64,000 nucleotides of DNA from Gemmatimonadota bacterium (lineage in GTDB: Bacteria; Gemmatimonadota; Gemmatimonadetes; Gemmatimonadales; GWC2-71-9). The stretch spans positions 32,001 to 96,000 of the forward strand of contig JAZDCY010000014.1 in NCBI GenBank assembly GCA_036679645.1. The letters are read 5' to 3'. The position numbers and the translations under genes were made by a program. Below the pieces are notes generated by a model. The model saw only the letters and a list, made by a program, of their open reading frames with translations. It did no database searches and had not been told where the DNA came from. Position 1 is the first letter of the stretch, and each line of letters starts with the position of its first letter. Below, piece after piece: positions 20,926 to 30,062 of the stretch.

Positions 20926-22589
20926 ATGAAACCGCTCTTGAGGATCCTACTCACGGCACTGCTCGCTGCCGGCGTCGGCGTGACGGCCTGTAACGACCCC
21001 ACAACGGGACCTGCCGGTGTGCCGAGGTTCGCAATCCAGGGTACCCAACGACCCGATTTCCGAGATCACGCACGCACGGTGAGCGATGCCGAACTCTTCG
21101 CGGATGCGGTCAAAGGAGACTCAATCGTGATGATCGGGGTGAAGGAACCTGGGGCAACGCGGGGTATCGGCACTCGCGGCACAATTACCGTGTCCGAGGG
21201 ACGCTCGAGGACACGCGAGCGTTCGTCCGCTCGGTACGGGGCGTCACGGTACGCCGCGATTTCGAGAACTACCCGCTCGTCGTCGCCAAGGTCACCGCCG
21301 AGGCACTCCCGGTCCTCCGAGCGGATCCTCGCATCGATTACGTCGTGCCCAGCTATCCGTTGGCGACCTTTGACTCCCCGACACGGACGCCGGCGCTGGC
21401 GTGTGCATGGAACCCGCAACAAATCGGATGGCACATCCCACGGATTCGTGCTGACGAGGCGTGGACGTGGACCCAGGGCCAATGGTATGGTCCGACCGCC
21501 CGCCGTCTGACCATCCTGGATGACGGCTTACGGCTTGACGAAGGGGTTGATTCGCTCCACTTCGAATTGCCCGTCGTCGACTACGCGGTCTATGACACTG
21601 GCACAAACTGGGGCCACCATGGCGGGTACGTCGCGCCGGTCGCCAGCGCCAGGAACAACGGTGTCGCGGTGGTCGGAGTCGCTCCGCTCGCTCGCCTTGC
21701 CTTGTTCGCGGTCGTGCAGAACAACCTGGCAGGCCCGGCAGTCAGCGACAGTATTCACCCGGACCGCGTCACGGAGGCCATCATCGACCAAGCTTCGGAA
21801 GCGTCGGTCATCAGCATGAGCTTCAAGGCAGTGACTACCTACAGTGGCGAACCGTACGGCTGGGGACCTGTCGGCAACGCGATCGACTGGGCGTTCGGCG
21901 TTCACAACACGGTCTTCGTAGCCTCAACGGGTAATGCTGCACGATCGGACCTCTATACCTGGCCTGCCCAATACCAGAACGTGATCGGCGTGGGAGGATT
22001 GGACCAGAACAACCTCCCCGTGGCCGCGAACTACGCTCCCGGAAACATCGCCATCGCCGCGCCCGCAACACGCATCCAGACGCTCTGCATCGGCGGTGGC
22101 GGTCCGGCGATTGTTTCAGTCGGCGGATCGACGTCACTCGCCACACCGATGGTAGCAGCGGCGGCCCACATGGTGCGAACGGTTCAGACAAGTTGGACGG
22201 CAGAGCAGGTCAAGCAGAGGATTCTTGGCACCGCAACTCGCCTGCTTGCTCCGAGTATCCGTGTCGGGGCCGGATTGCTCAACGTGTACAACGCGGTGCA
22301 CTTCGCACAAGATCCGCCGGAGTTCAGTGTTTCGATCGCGGGAACGAATCCGATTCGGCCCTTCGATGAGTGCACATGGGTGGCGAGTGTCACGGCAGGC
22401 ACTGGACCATTCTCGTACCAGTGGTACCGCGACGGTGTCTTTGTCGGAAGCAATGAATCGTACACCGGCTCCATGGACGGCGACTTGAACTTCGAGCTGG
22501 AGGCGTGGGTAACAGATAACACGATGTCGATGGTCACTGACATGGTAGTCATTTGGTCCGACGCAGGAGCCAATCCATGCTTGGAGTAA
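20926..22589 (+). pseudogene. S8 subtilisin-like lipoprotein with C-terminal Ig/PKD-like domain, 1-nt frameshift at ~21197
   Basis: Lipobox VTAC; propeptide continues in another frame (TLEDTRAFVRS...DPRIDYVVP); triad ILDDG / HHGGYVA / STSLATPMV. Confidence 0.75.
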
Positions 22590-23041
22590 CACAGAGATCA
22601 CCGCGTCGCCCCCATTCTTGGCCGGTCGTTTGTGCCGCTGCTGGTTTGCTCGCTTGTGGTGACAGCTTGAATCCGGTGGAAATCCGTCAAGAGACCGAAG
22701 AAGGTTTCGCACAGGTTGTACGCTTCTCCGACATCCAACCAAAGCAGGGTGATACCCTCTTGGTTGTATCGACGATCTACAACCTGAGCAGCTCCACTGC
22801 GGACGTAAGGTTTTGGGGGGGATGCCTCCAGGTCTCAGGGACCGTAGAACTCGAACGGCCGTTTGTGGCGTTCCAAGTCGAAGAATGCGGCGAATGGTCG
22901 CGGCCCATGTTCGCCGGTGATTCGGCGCGGGCGTGGGATCGTTGGGTCGTCAGGTCGCCCCCGGGACTCTATACCATCCGGATCCATCACTGGACCGATC
23001 CGCCCGTGGCGGTCGAACACACCTTGCAGGTGAAGAAGTAG
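22577..23041 (+). CDS. hypothetical lipoprotein
   Basis: Lipobox LLAC; beta-rich, PGLYTIRI; overlaps end of the S8 gene. Confidence 0.6.
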   Translation: MLGVTQRSPRRPHSWPVVCAAAGLLACGDSLNPVEIRQETEEGFAQVVRFSDIQPKQGDTLLVVSTIYNLSSSTADVRFWGGCLQVSGTVELERPFVAFQVEECGEWSRPMFAGDSARAWDRWVVRSPPGLYTIRIHHWTDPPVAVEHTLQVKK

Positions 23042-23134
23042 CCATCCCACGGGCAGAAGGGGCGCGGGAATGAGGAAGCAACAACAATTCGAACGGCGCA
23101 TGTCAGTCGCGCTGCTCGACGCTCATCCCGTGTT

Positions 23135-24220
23135 CTAGCGAACTGGAGAACCTCTCCTGGCCTTCACCACACCCCACGTCAACACCGGTACTACGAAGAT
23201 CGCCAGAAACACCCAGGTCAGCGTGCCATAGCCCTTGGCGATGAGATCGATCAGCCCGAACCGGGACAGGCCGGCTGCGATGAGAAGCAGCGTGATGGCA
23301 ACGGCCGGGCGTAGCGCGCGGGGCATGATGCTGTCCCGATCGGCGTAGACACTCGCGATGCGCTCGTTCACCGCGTGGATCATGCCGGTTCCCGTCTCGA
23401 TCAACGTTCCGAAGAGCACAATCTGAAAGACGATCGTGAACGTCCGCGAGCCCAAGAGATTAAGCAGGTAGTTGGCCGGGACGGGTTGATCGAGCACCGC
23501 CGGATACTGCCCGACCATCATCAGGTAGAACAGCAGACCCGGGATGATCGCGATCGGGCCGGCGAGGAGCCCTGCCGTCAGCGCGTCCCGCCGAGTTTCT
23601 ATGTGCCGCACCGAGAACAGCACCGCCGGGATCACCGCGAGGTTGTACCCCGCGTACTTGATCCCGCCGACGATCCAGCCGGTGCCATCCACGCCTTGGG
23701 AGAGTGCCGGCGCGATCTGCCCGCCGAACTTGGAGAGCGCCCAGACGAAGAACACGACGTAGGTCGCGTACAACACGACCGACCACCCGGTCAGCACCTT
23801 CTCGATGGTGCTGCTACCCCGGAAGACGAGGAATCCGACGGCCGCGATGATGCCGATGACACCCACCGCATAGGGGAGGTCGAACGTTTCGCGCAGCATG
23901 GTGCCCGCGGCCGACGCAATGACGGCGAGAATGATCGCCAGCAGCAGGAGATAACAGATCTCGAACAGCACCCAGCCGGGCCCGAGCAACTCCTTGAAGA
24001 AATGCCGATAGTCATAGCAGCCGAACACCCGCGCGAACTCGAAGCTCGCCGCATTCACGGCACTCCAGATCACGGTTGAGACGAGCACCATCGCGAGCAG
24101 GCCGCCGAGGGGGCCGTAGGTGAGGAAGAACTCGGCGATCTCTCGACCGGTCCCGTAGCCGCCGGCGATAACGACCGACTGAAAGACGAGGCCGGGCAAC
24201 ACGATCCTTCTCAGTCGCAT
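23135..24220 (-). CDS. YkvI-family membrane protein
   Basis: FQSVVIAGGYGTGREIAEFF, about 10 hydrophobic segments, LIAKGYG. Confidence 0.85.
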   Translation of the reverse strand: MRLRRIVLPGLVFQSVVIAGGYGTGREIAEFFLTYGPLGGLLAMVLVSTVIWSAVNAASFEFARVFGCYDYRHFFKELLGPGWVLFEICYLLLLAIILAVIASAAGTMLRETFDLPYAVGVIGIIAAVGFLVFRGSSTIEKVLTGWSVVLYATYVVFFVWALSKFGGQIAPALSQGVDGTGWIVGGIKYAGYNLAVIPAVLFSVRHIETRRDALTAGLLAGPIAIIPGLLFYLMMVGQYPAVLDQPVPANYLLNLLGSRTFTIVFQIVLFGTLIETGTGMIHAVNERIASVYADRDSIMPRALRPAVAITLLLIAAGLSRFGLIDLIAKGYGTLTWVFLAIFVVPVLTWGVVKARRGSPVR

Positions 24221-24296
24221 GTGATAGCGTGCCCCTCCTCGCTCGTTCGAACAAACGACGGCTTACTAGAAATCGACGTTATGGTGGCGGGGTGCG

Positions 24297-24699
24297 TTAC
24301 AGCCGGGAGAGTTCCGCGTCGAGGCGTTGTTGATCGATCTCGTCTAGTTCCGGCAAGGTGGGCGCGCTGACAGTTGCGTGCCGCAGTCGAAAGAAGACGA
24401 CCGCCAGCCCGGCGACGAGTGCGAGACCCGGTACCACCCAGGCCACGAGCCCGAAACCGCGCGCGGCCGGGGCCGCGAGCACGATGTCACCGTAGACGGC
24501 GTACAGCGCCCTGCTGACGGAATCCGGTGTCACACCCGTCGCGAGTTGCTCCCGGATTTCGTCCGGGACAGAACGGGCTCATGGTCGTATTGAAGAGACG
24601 TGACGCTGCGGCTTCCACCTCCGGGCTGTACTGCGCGCCAGCCGACGCGGGCGACACCGCAGATACGATCACGAGAAGTGCAGCCGTCCGTATGCGCAT
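24297..24699 (-). pseudogene. ccmH: CcmH/NrfF-like cytochrome c maturation protein with frameshifting internal deletion
   Basis: Signal peptide, MSPFCPG joined out of frame to DEIREQLATG...YGDIVLAAP...LVAWVVP; second Cys segment absent. Confidence 0.7.
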
Positions 24700-24787
24700 G
24701 GATGTCCCAACTCGAGGGGGTCGCAGGGAGTGCACCCTCTGGAAACGCTCAGATCTGTCGGAAAGTTTCACCCGAGCCACCCCCCTC

Positions 24788-24833
24788 CATCGCCCCTTTC
24801 ATCGCTCCCTTACATCGCCCCTGCCATCGCCTC
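24788..24833. repeat. ~12-bp tandem repeat CATCGCCCCTNN (4 units)
   Basis: CATCGC units at 24788, 24800, 24813, 24825. Confidence 0.7.
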
Positions 24834-27164
24834 CTCAAACATCCCGTTCATCACCGGATACTCACGCCAGTCCCGATAGTCAAAGTGCCACCACTCGAAG
24901 CGATACACGGTGAACCCCTCCGCTTCCATCGCCGCGCGCAACAGTTCGCGATGCCAACGTTGGAGAGCCGTACCGCCGGGGTATCGGGGAAAGGACCGAT
25001 CGGAGAACTCGTCGTAGCCACCCACCATCTCGACGGGCCGCCCGGTGCGACGGTCGTACAGCGTGAGGTCGACCGCCGCCCCGCGGTTGTGGCGCGACCC
25101 CTGTGCCGGATTAGCGACGAACATCCGTTGCTCCGCCGGTGTGGCATCCCAAAACATCTTGGTGACGTACCACGGGCGGTACGCGTCGTGGATCAGCAGC
25201 CCATAGCCCTGTTGCCACAGGCGCCGCTGCGCGCGTGCGAGCGCCTCAGTCGCCGGCCGTTGCATCATAGCCCGGGCCGTGTCGTAGAACCGCGCACCCA
25301 TGAAGTTGTTCTCCGACGCGTACCGTATGTCGTACATGATTGTGGCGTCGAGGCTCTTGAGCTCGACCAAATCGGGATCGCGCAGGCCCGCCGGCTGGGC
25401 CGGCGGCGTGGCGGCCAATGCCGCTTCGCGCAATTCTTCCACGGGTCGCACCGGCGTGATCCGGAACGTCTCACCGGCCCGCGTGCCCACCTCGCGGCGC
25501 ACGAAAGCTATGCCTGCCGTGTTAACGTGCGTGGCCTGGCCCGAGGCGTCGCGCTCAAACACCAGCCGTTCGCCGGCGTAGAGACCCCAGTCTGGAAACG
25601 CGTAGACGTCGCGACTGATTTGCCGGAGCGGGTAAAGGAAGAACCACTCAATCAGCGCGTGGAGCTGCCCGCCGCGCTCGAGCACGTACAGCACGTCGTG
25701 ATCCCATCCGTACTCGCCGATCAGTCCCCGCCACCGCCGCGGCGCGGCACGCGGTCGCCGGTCTGCAACACGACGCAGCGTGTCGTTTCCCAGGACCAGC
25801 CCGTCGCGAACCGGCATGATGCGACGGCCACTGAAGAGACGGTCGTCCAACACGAGCGTATCGCCCCGGCTCCTGAGGCGAACCCGAAATCCCGGCTGGT
25901 TGACCCATGCATACAGCTGATTCCCATCTCGCTCGACGTCGATCTCCGTATCCCGCAGGCGGTACGTGCCGGGAAGCGTGCGCACCAAGTCGTCCGGCAC
26001 GGGTTGCGTGTACTCCGGTGCGGGAAGCGGTAGATCCGCCCGTCGCGCGATCATCAGGCGTAGCGCGTACTCCACGACCCGCTCGACCACGGCATTCGAG
26101 ACATCCATCGATGTCGCAGCGACCGCACCGAGACGCTGGTCCGGAAGCGCCGCCAGCTCAGTTGAGAATCCGTAGATCGCGCCACCATGGCCGACCTTGC
26201 GGTGCCCTTCGAGTTCGTCAACGGCAAACCCGAGACCGAACCCCGTCGTTGCGCCCTCCTCGGCGAACTGGGGTGTGAACATCTCCGCCAGCGTCGTGTC
26301 GGCGAGAACCCTGCCCCCCTCCCCCATACCGCCGGCAAAGATCATCGTAACAAACCAGGCCAGGTCCGTGACCGGCGCGTACATCGAGCCCGCAGGAGCC
26401 ATCCCGAGTTCGAACGTGGGCGCAGGGTTCGGTGTCCCGTGGTACGACCACATGTACCCGGTCGCCGCCGTACGGCGCGTATCTTCAGTGGGCACGAACG
26501 ACGATCGGTTCATTCCCAACGGGTCTAGCACCGCCGCACGCAGATAGTCCGGGAACGGCTGGCCGGTCAGTTGCTCCAGGACGTAGCCTACCGCCGCGAC
26601 ACCAGCGTTGGAGTACTTCGTGCGGCTGCCCGGCGCGTAGACGAGCGCGGTCGAGTTGAGACTGGCCACGGTAGCGGCTAGGGTGGGACCGGTGTCGTCG
26701 AAGTAATGCCCTACCGGTGGCTCACGGACCAGGCCAGACCGGTGCGACATGAGGTGCCGCAGCGTGATGGTGTCGCCGTACGGGTTCTCTGGCGTGAAGG
26801 TGGGGAGATATGTCGTGACCGGCGCGTCCAGGTCGATCTCGCCCCGCTCGACGAGCTGCATTACCGCAAGGTCGGTGAACAACTTGGAGACCGACCCCAC
26901 CCGGTAGACGGTGCCGGCCGTCGCCGGCGTGCTGTCCGCCAGATTGGCATGGCCAAAGCCGTGCGCCCACACGATCTCCTGGTCGTCGATCAGGGCTATG
27001 GAAAGCGCCGGCAGCCCCTTGTCGGCCATTTCGCGCTCGACGAACTGCGAGAGGCGGTCCACGACCAGCCGGTAGTCCCTCCGGGCCGGCCGGTCGCCGC
27101 CACCACAGGCGCCGGCAACCGCGAGGAGCGTACACGTCGTGACGGCACGGAAGAGGCGTCGCAT
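24810..27164 (-). CDS. serine hydrolase (beta-lactamase family) fused to VanX/DdpX-type D-Ala-D-Ala dipeptidase (M15D), lipoprotein
   Basis: AGAC lipobox; SVSK, YSN, GHGG; C-terminal DAYRP, SRHNRGAAVD, EWWHFD. Confidence 0.9.
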   Translation of the reverse strand: MRRLFRAVTTCTLLAVAGACGGGDRPARRDYRLVVDRLSQFVEREMADKGLPALSIALIDDQEIVWAHGFGHANLADSTPATAGTVYRVGSVSKLFTDLAVMQLVERGEIDLDAPVTTYLPTFTPENPYGDTITLRHLMSHRSGLVREPPVGHYFDDTGPTLAATVASLNSTALVYAPGSRTKYSNAGVAAVGYVLEQLTGQPFPDYLRAAVLDPLGMNRSSFVPTEDTRRTAATGYMWSYHGTPNPAPTFELGMAPAGSMYAPVTDLAWFVTMIFAGGMGEGGRVLADTTLAEMFTPQFAEEGATTGFGLGFAVDELEGHRKVGHGGAIYGFSTELAALPDQRLGAVAATSMDVSNAVVERVVEYALRLMIARRADLPLPAPEYTQPVPDDLVRTLPGTYRLRDTEIDVERDGNQLYAWVNQPGFRVRLRSRGDTLVLDDRLFSGRRIMPVRDGLVLGNDTLRRVADRRPRAAPRRWRGLIGEYGWDHDVLYVLERGGQLHALIEWFFLYPLRQISRDVYAFPDWGLYAGERLVFERDASGQATHVNTAGIAFVRREVGTRAGETFRITPVRPVEELREAALAATPPAQPAGLRDPDLVELKSLDATIMYDIRYASENNFMGARFYDTARAMMQRPATEALARAQRRLWQQGYGLLIHDAYRPWYVTKMFWDATPAEQRMFVANPAQGSRHNRGAAVDLTLYDRRTGRPVEMVGGYDEFSDRSFPRYPGGTALQRWHRELLRAAMEAEGFTVYRFEWWHFDYRDWREYPVMNGMFEEAMAGAM

Positions 27165-27227
27165 ATCCGCCCTAGAGATACGCGCATGAGGAGGGGTCGG
27201 CTAGGAGGAAGCCTTTGAACGAGAAAT

Positions 27228-27255
27228 GGGCAGGTCGGCTCATGCCGACCTGCCC
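27228..27255 (-). terminator. intrinsic terminator-like hairpin downstream of the P460 gene
   Basis: GGGCAGGTCGGC-4nt-GCCGACCTGCCC perfect 12-bp stem followed by ATTTCT on the minus strand. Confidence 0.7.
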
Positions 27256-27281
27256 GTCCGGCCTCGTGGGCCATCCCTACG

Positions 27282-27818
27282 TCAGTTCAGCGATGCCGTC
27301 ATGATATAGTCGTTGTCAGCCCGCGCACCGTGACAATTCTCGCACCCGGCCCCACGTCCACCAACCTGGACCGTGCCGTCGGCGAGCCGCTTGATGAAGA
27401 ACCAGTTGCTGTGGTCCGGGTTGAAGGCCTCCGTCTTGTACATCACCGTGACCGCCGCGAGCATGCCGTCGGGCATGTAGTTCTCTTTGACGATCATCGC
27501 GCCGGAAGGCATGGACGTGGCCGTGCCATTCAGCGCCTCGAGCGCAACGTCGTTGAGGTAGGTCGTGAGCAGCATCCCGTGCGGCTCGCCACCCTGGTAC
27601 TTGGCCTCTTTGCCGGGCCACATTGACCAACTCTGGTAACCCGCCGACTCCAGATGCGCCCAGACGGCCTCGGCCGTCGTGTCGGGCATTGCGACCACCG
27701 CCGCCTCGGCGCCCTCGCCGTCTCCCGCCGCCGCCTCGTCTCCCTCGCCGCCGGCACATCCAACCGCGAAGATCACCGCTAAGGCCGCTAGGGTCCGTCC
27801 GATCCTGTCCCGATTCAT
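27282..27818 (-). CDS. cytochrome P460-family lipoprotein
   Basis: Lipobox AVGC; GAMIVKENY, VMYK, NWFF, C-terminal CENCH heme motif. Confidence 0.8.
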   Translation of the reverse strand: MNRDRIGRTLAALAVIFAVGCAGGEGDEAAAGDGEGAEAAVVAMPDTTAEAVWAHLESAGYQSWSMWPGKEAKYQGGEPHGMLLTTYLNDVALEALNGTATSMPSGAMIVKENYMPDGMLAAVTVMYKTEAFNPDHSNWFFIKRLADGTVQVGGRGAGCENCHGARADNDYIMTASLN

Positions 27819-27936
27819 GCCTGTCTCCTCCAACTGGTCGGTCCTATTTCCAAATAGAGGGGGGGGAACTTGGCACCCCGGCGGCCTCACCGCAACCCCG
27901 ACGCCCGTCATCTGCGTGCTAACGCCTCGACCAGGC

Positions 27937-28842
27937 TCATGGTTCCGCAAAGGAATCGTAGTTCGTAATCACCTCGAGAAAGCGTGAGACGGCCAGGATA
28001 TCGGGCCCCACGTACCGGATGGAGTGTGCGTCGGGACGATCGACGATCGCGAGCATCGCCAGCACCTGCGACGGCTGGTAGTTCTTGAATCGGACATCCA
28101 GCGTGACCGGTCCCCGGAGCACGAGCGGCTCGTATTCCTCGAGGCGCAACAGCGCCTCACGGGTCCGGCGTTCGATCAGTTCGTATGCTGCATCGGGCGT
28201 CATGGTCCGCGCGGCGTGAAAACTCACGTTCCACTTCACGACCGCCCCGCTGATACCAGGCACTGCCGCCTGCACCTCCGCGACCGCCGCATCGCCTCCG
28301 GTGACCAATACCACAGGAACACCAAAGTAGCCCGCGATGGCCGCACTGAGACCGCCTTCGGGAACCGACCGGCCGTTGAGGCGCACGTCGGCGAACCGGG
28401 CGCTGGAGATGGTATGGGCACGCACCCCGTCGGGGTTGGTGGTTCCGGCGTGGTATCCCAGCAGAATCGCCGCGTCGAAGGTCGAGTCGATACCCTGCAT
28501 CATGCCCAGCGGCCGCGGCCAGGATCGGACGACCGTCACGTCGGCGGGAAAACGCTCGATCAACAGGTTTTCACCGTTCCCGTGGGAATCCCCAATCACG
28601 ATCTCGGTCACACCGGCCGCCCGCGCCCCCCGGATGGCCGCTAGGACTTCGTTAGTCATGAACTCACGGAATCGCTCGTATTCGAACCCGCTGGGGCCCA
28701 GCTGATCCCCCGTCACGACACCGACGACGCCCTCCATATCCGCTGAGATGTAGAGCTTCAGACCAGCGGTCTGCCCGGCCAGAGCATTACCCCAGCCCGA
28801 GAAGACCAAGCAGAACGCAAGGAATCCCATCCGCATCGCCAT
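27937..28842 (-). CDS. dppA: M55-family D-aminopeptidase with signal peptide
   Basis: KLYISADMEG, DSHG, MMQGID, GYHA, AHT. Confidence 0.9.
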   Translation of the reverse strand: MAMRMGFLAFCLVFSGWGNALAGQTAGLKLYISADMEGVVGVVTGDQLGPSGFEYERFREFMTNEVLAAIRGARAAGVTEIVIGDSHGNGENLLIERFPADVTVVRSWPRPLGMMQGIDSTFDAAILLGYHAGTTNPDGVRAHTISSARFADVRLNGRSVPEGGLSAAIAGYFGVPVVLVTGGDAAVAEVQAAVPGISGAVVKWNVSFHAARTMTPDAAYELIERRTREALLRLEEYEPLVLRGPVTLDVRFKNYQPSQVLAMLAIVDRPDAHSIRYVGPDILAVSRFLEVITNYDSFAEP

Positions 28843-28907
28843 CTCCAGAAAAGACCCGCGCAGACGTTAACCCAGGCCGACCTGACTCCGATAGGGACCC
28901 ACGCCAT

Positions 28908-28945
28908 CACCGCCCCTCTCATCGCCCCTTCCATCGCCCCCCCAT
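28908..28945. repeat. second copy of the ~12-bp CATCGCCCCTNN tandem repeat
   Basis: CACCGCCCCTCT-CATCGCCCCTTC-CATCGCCCCCC-CAT in an intergenic region. Confidence 0.65.
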
Positions 28946-28982
28946 TGACTCCCCCGCCCACACCGCGTATTGGAAAAAGCCC

Positions 28983-30062
28983 ATGAAGCACAACAAGCCT
29001 GAATCCCGACATGACGCCGAGTTCGAGCGGCTGCGCAAGCGCCTGCGGTTGGCGCTCGGGGCGGTGGTGCTCGTAACCCTCGTTGGCGTGCTCGGGTTCA
29101 CCCTCATCGGCGGGCGCGGGCACAATCTGATCGATGCGATCTACATGACGGTCATTACCCTCACGACCGTCGGGTTCGGCGAGATCATCGACATGTCCCG
29201 GAACCCGGTGGGCCGCATCTTCACGATCGCCTTGTTGCTTGGGGGAATGGGAATCGTCGCCTACACGGTTCCGATGCTCGCCGCCTTCGTCATCGAGGGA
29301 CAACTGCACGACATCTTCCGGAGACGCCGGATGGAAAACCGCATTGCACAACTCGCGGGTCATTACATCATCTGCGGGGACGAGGAGACCAGTTGGTTCG
29401 TCGCAGAGGAGCTGATCCACACCGAGCGAACGATCGTACTCATCACGCCAACAGAGGAGGTCCAGGAGCTGGCGCTGGCCCGACTCGGAGACATCCCTTT
29501 GGTGATGGGCGATCCCACGGCGGATGAGGTGCTGGCACGAGCGGGGATCGAGCGGGCCAGCGGCATCGTGTTCAGCCTCGAAAACGAGAAAGACAACGTC
29601 CTGGGGGTGCTCACGGCGCGGCGGCTGTCGCCAATGACGCGCATCATCGCCTCCAGCGAGCATGCGGGCACCGAAGCGAAACTCCGCATGGCGGGCGCCG
29701 ACGGGGTCGTGAGCCCCAGCCGCATTGGGGGACTGCGGATGGCGTCTGAGTTGCTTCGACCAAAGGTGGTCTCGTTCCTCGACCAGATGCTGCGCGAAAA
29801 GGGCGGCAGCCTCCGGGTGGAAGAACTCGAGGTCCTGGCCGAAAGCTCGGCGGCGGGCAAGACGCTCGCGTGGCTCGGTGTCGGCGATGTGAGAGGAGCG
29901 GTGCTGCTCGCCGTCCGCAGGCCGGACGGGCCGTTCGAGTTCAAGCCGCCGGCTGATACGACGCTCGAGCCGGGCATGTCGCTCATCGTCATGGCAGACG
30001 CGCAGGGTCGGTCGGAACTCGAGCAAAAGGTTCAGGGAAGATGGCGGCTGAGTCGATCGTAG
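28983..30062 (+). CDS. 2-TM potassium channel with RCK (TrkA-N/C) domains
   Basis: TLTTVGFGE filter; HYIICG; TrkA-C. Confidence 0.9.
   Translation: MKHNKPESRHDAEFERLRKRLRLALGAVVLVTLVGVLGFTLIGGRGHNLIDAIYMTVITLTTVGFGEIIDMSRNPVGRIFTIALLLGGMGIVAYTVPMLAAFVIEGQLHDIFRRRRMENRIAQLAGHYIICGDEETSWFVAEELIHTERTIVLITPTEEVQELALARLGDIPLVMGDPTADEVLARAGIERASGIVFSLENEKDNVLGVLTARRLSPMTRIIASSEHAGTEAKLRMAGADGVVSPSRIGGLRMASELLRPKVVSFLDQMLREKGGSLRVEELEVLAESSAAGKTLAWLGVGDVRGAVLLAVRRPDGPFEFKPPADTTLEPGMSLIVMADAQGRSELEQKVQGRWRLSRS

Noticed and set aside
24810..25450. VanX domain as a vancomycin resistance locus
   Set aside because: No vanH, vanA, vanR or vanS; domain is fused to an exported serine hydrolase
24600..26033. 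477-aa + strand ORF and similar long antisense ORFs (3161-4375, 28758-30026)
   Set aside because: Shadows of well-supported opposite-strand genes in GC-rich DNA
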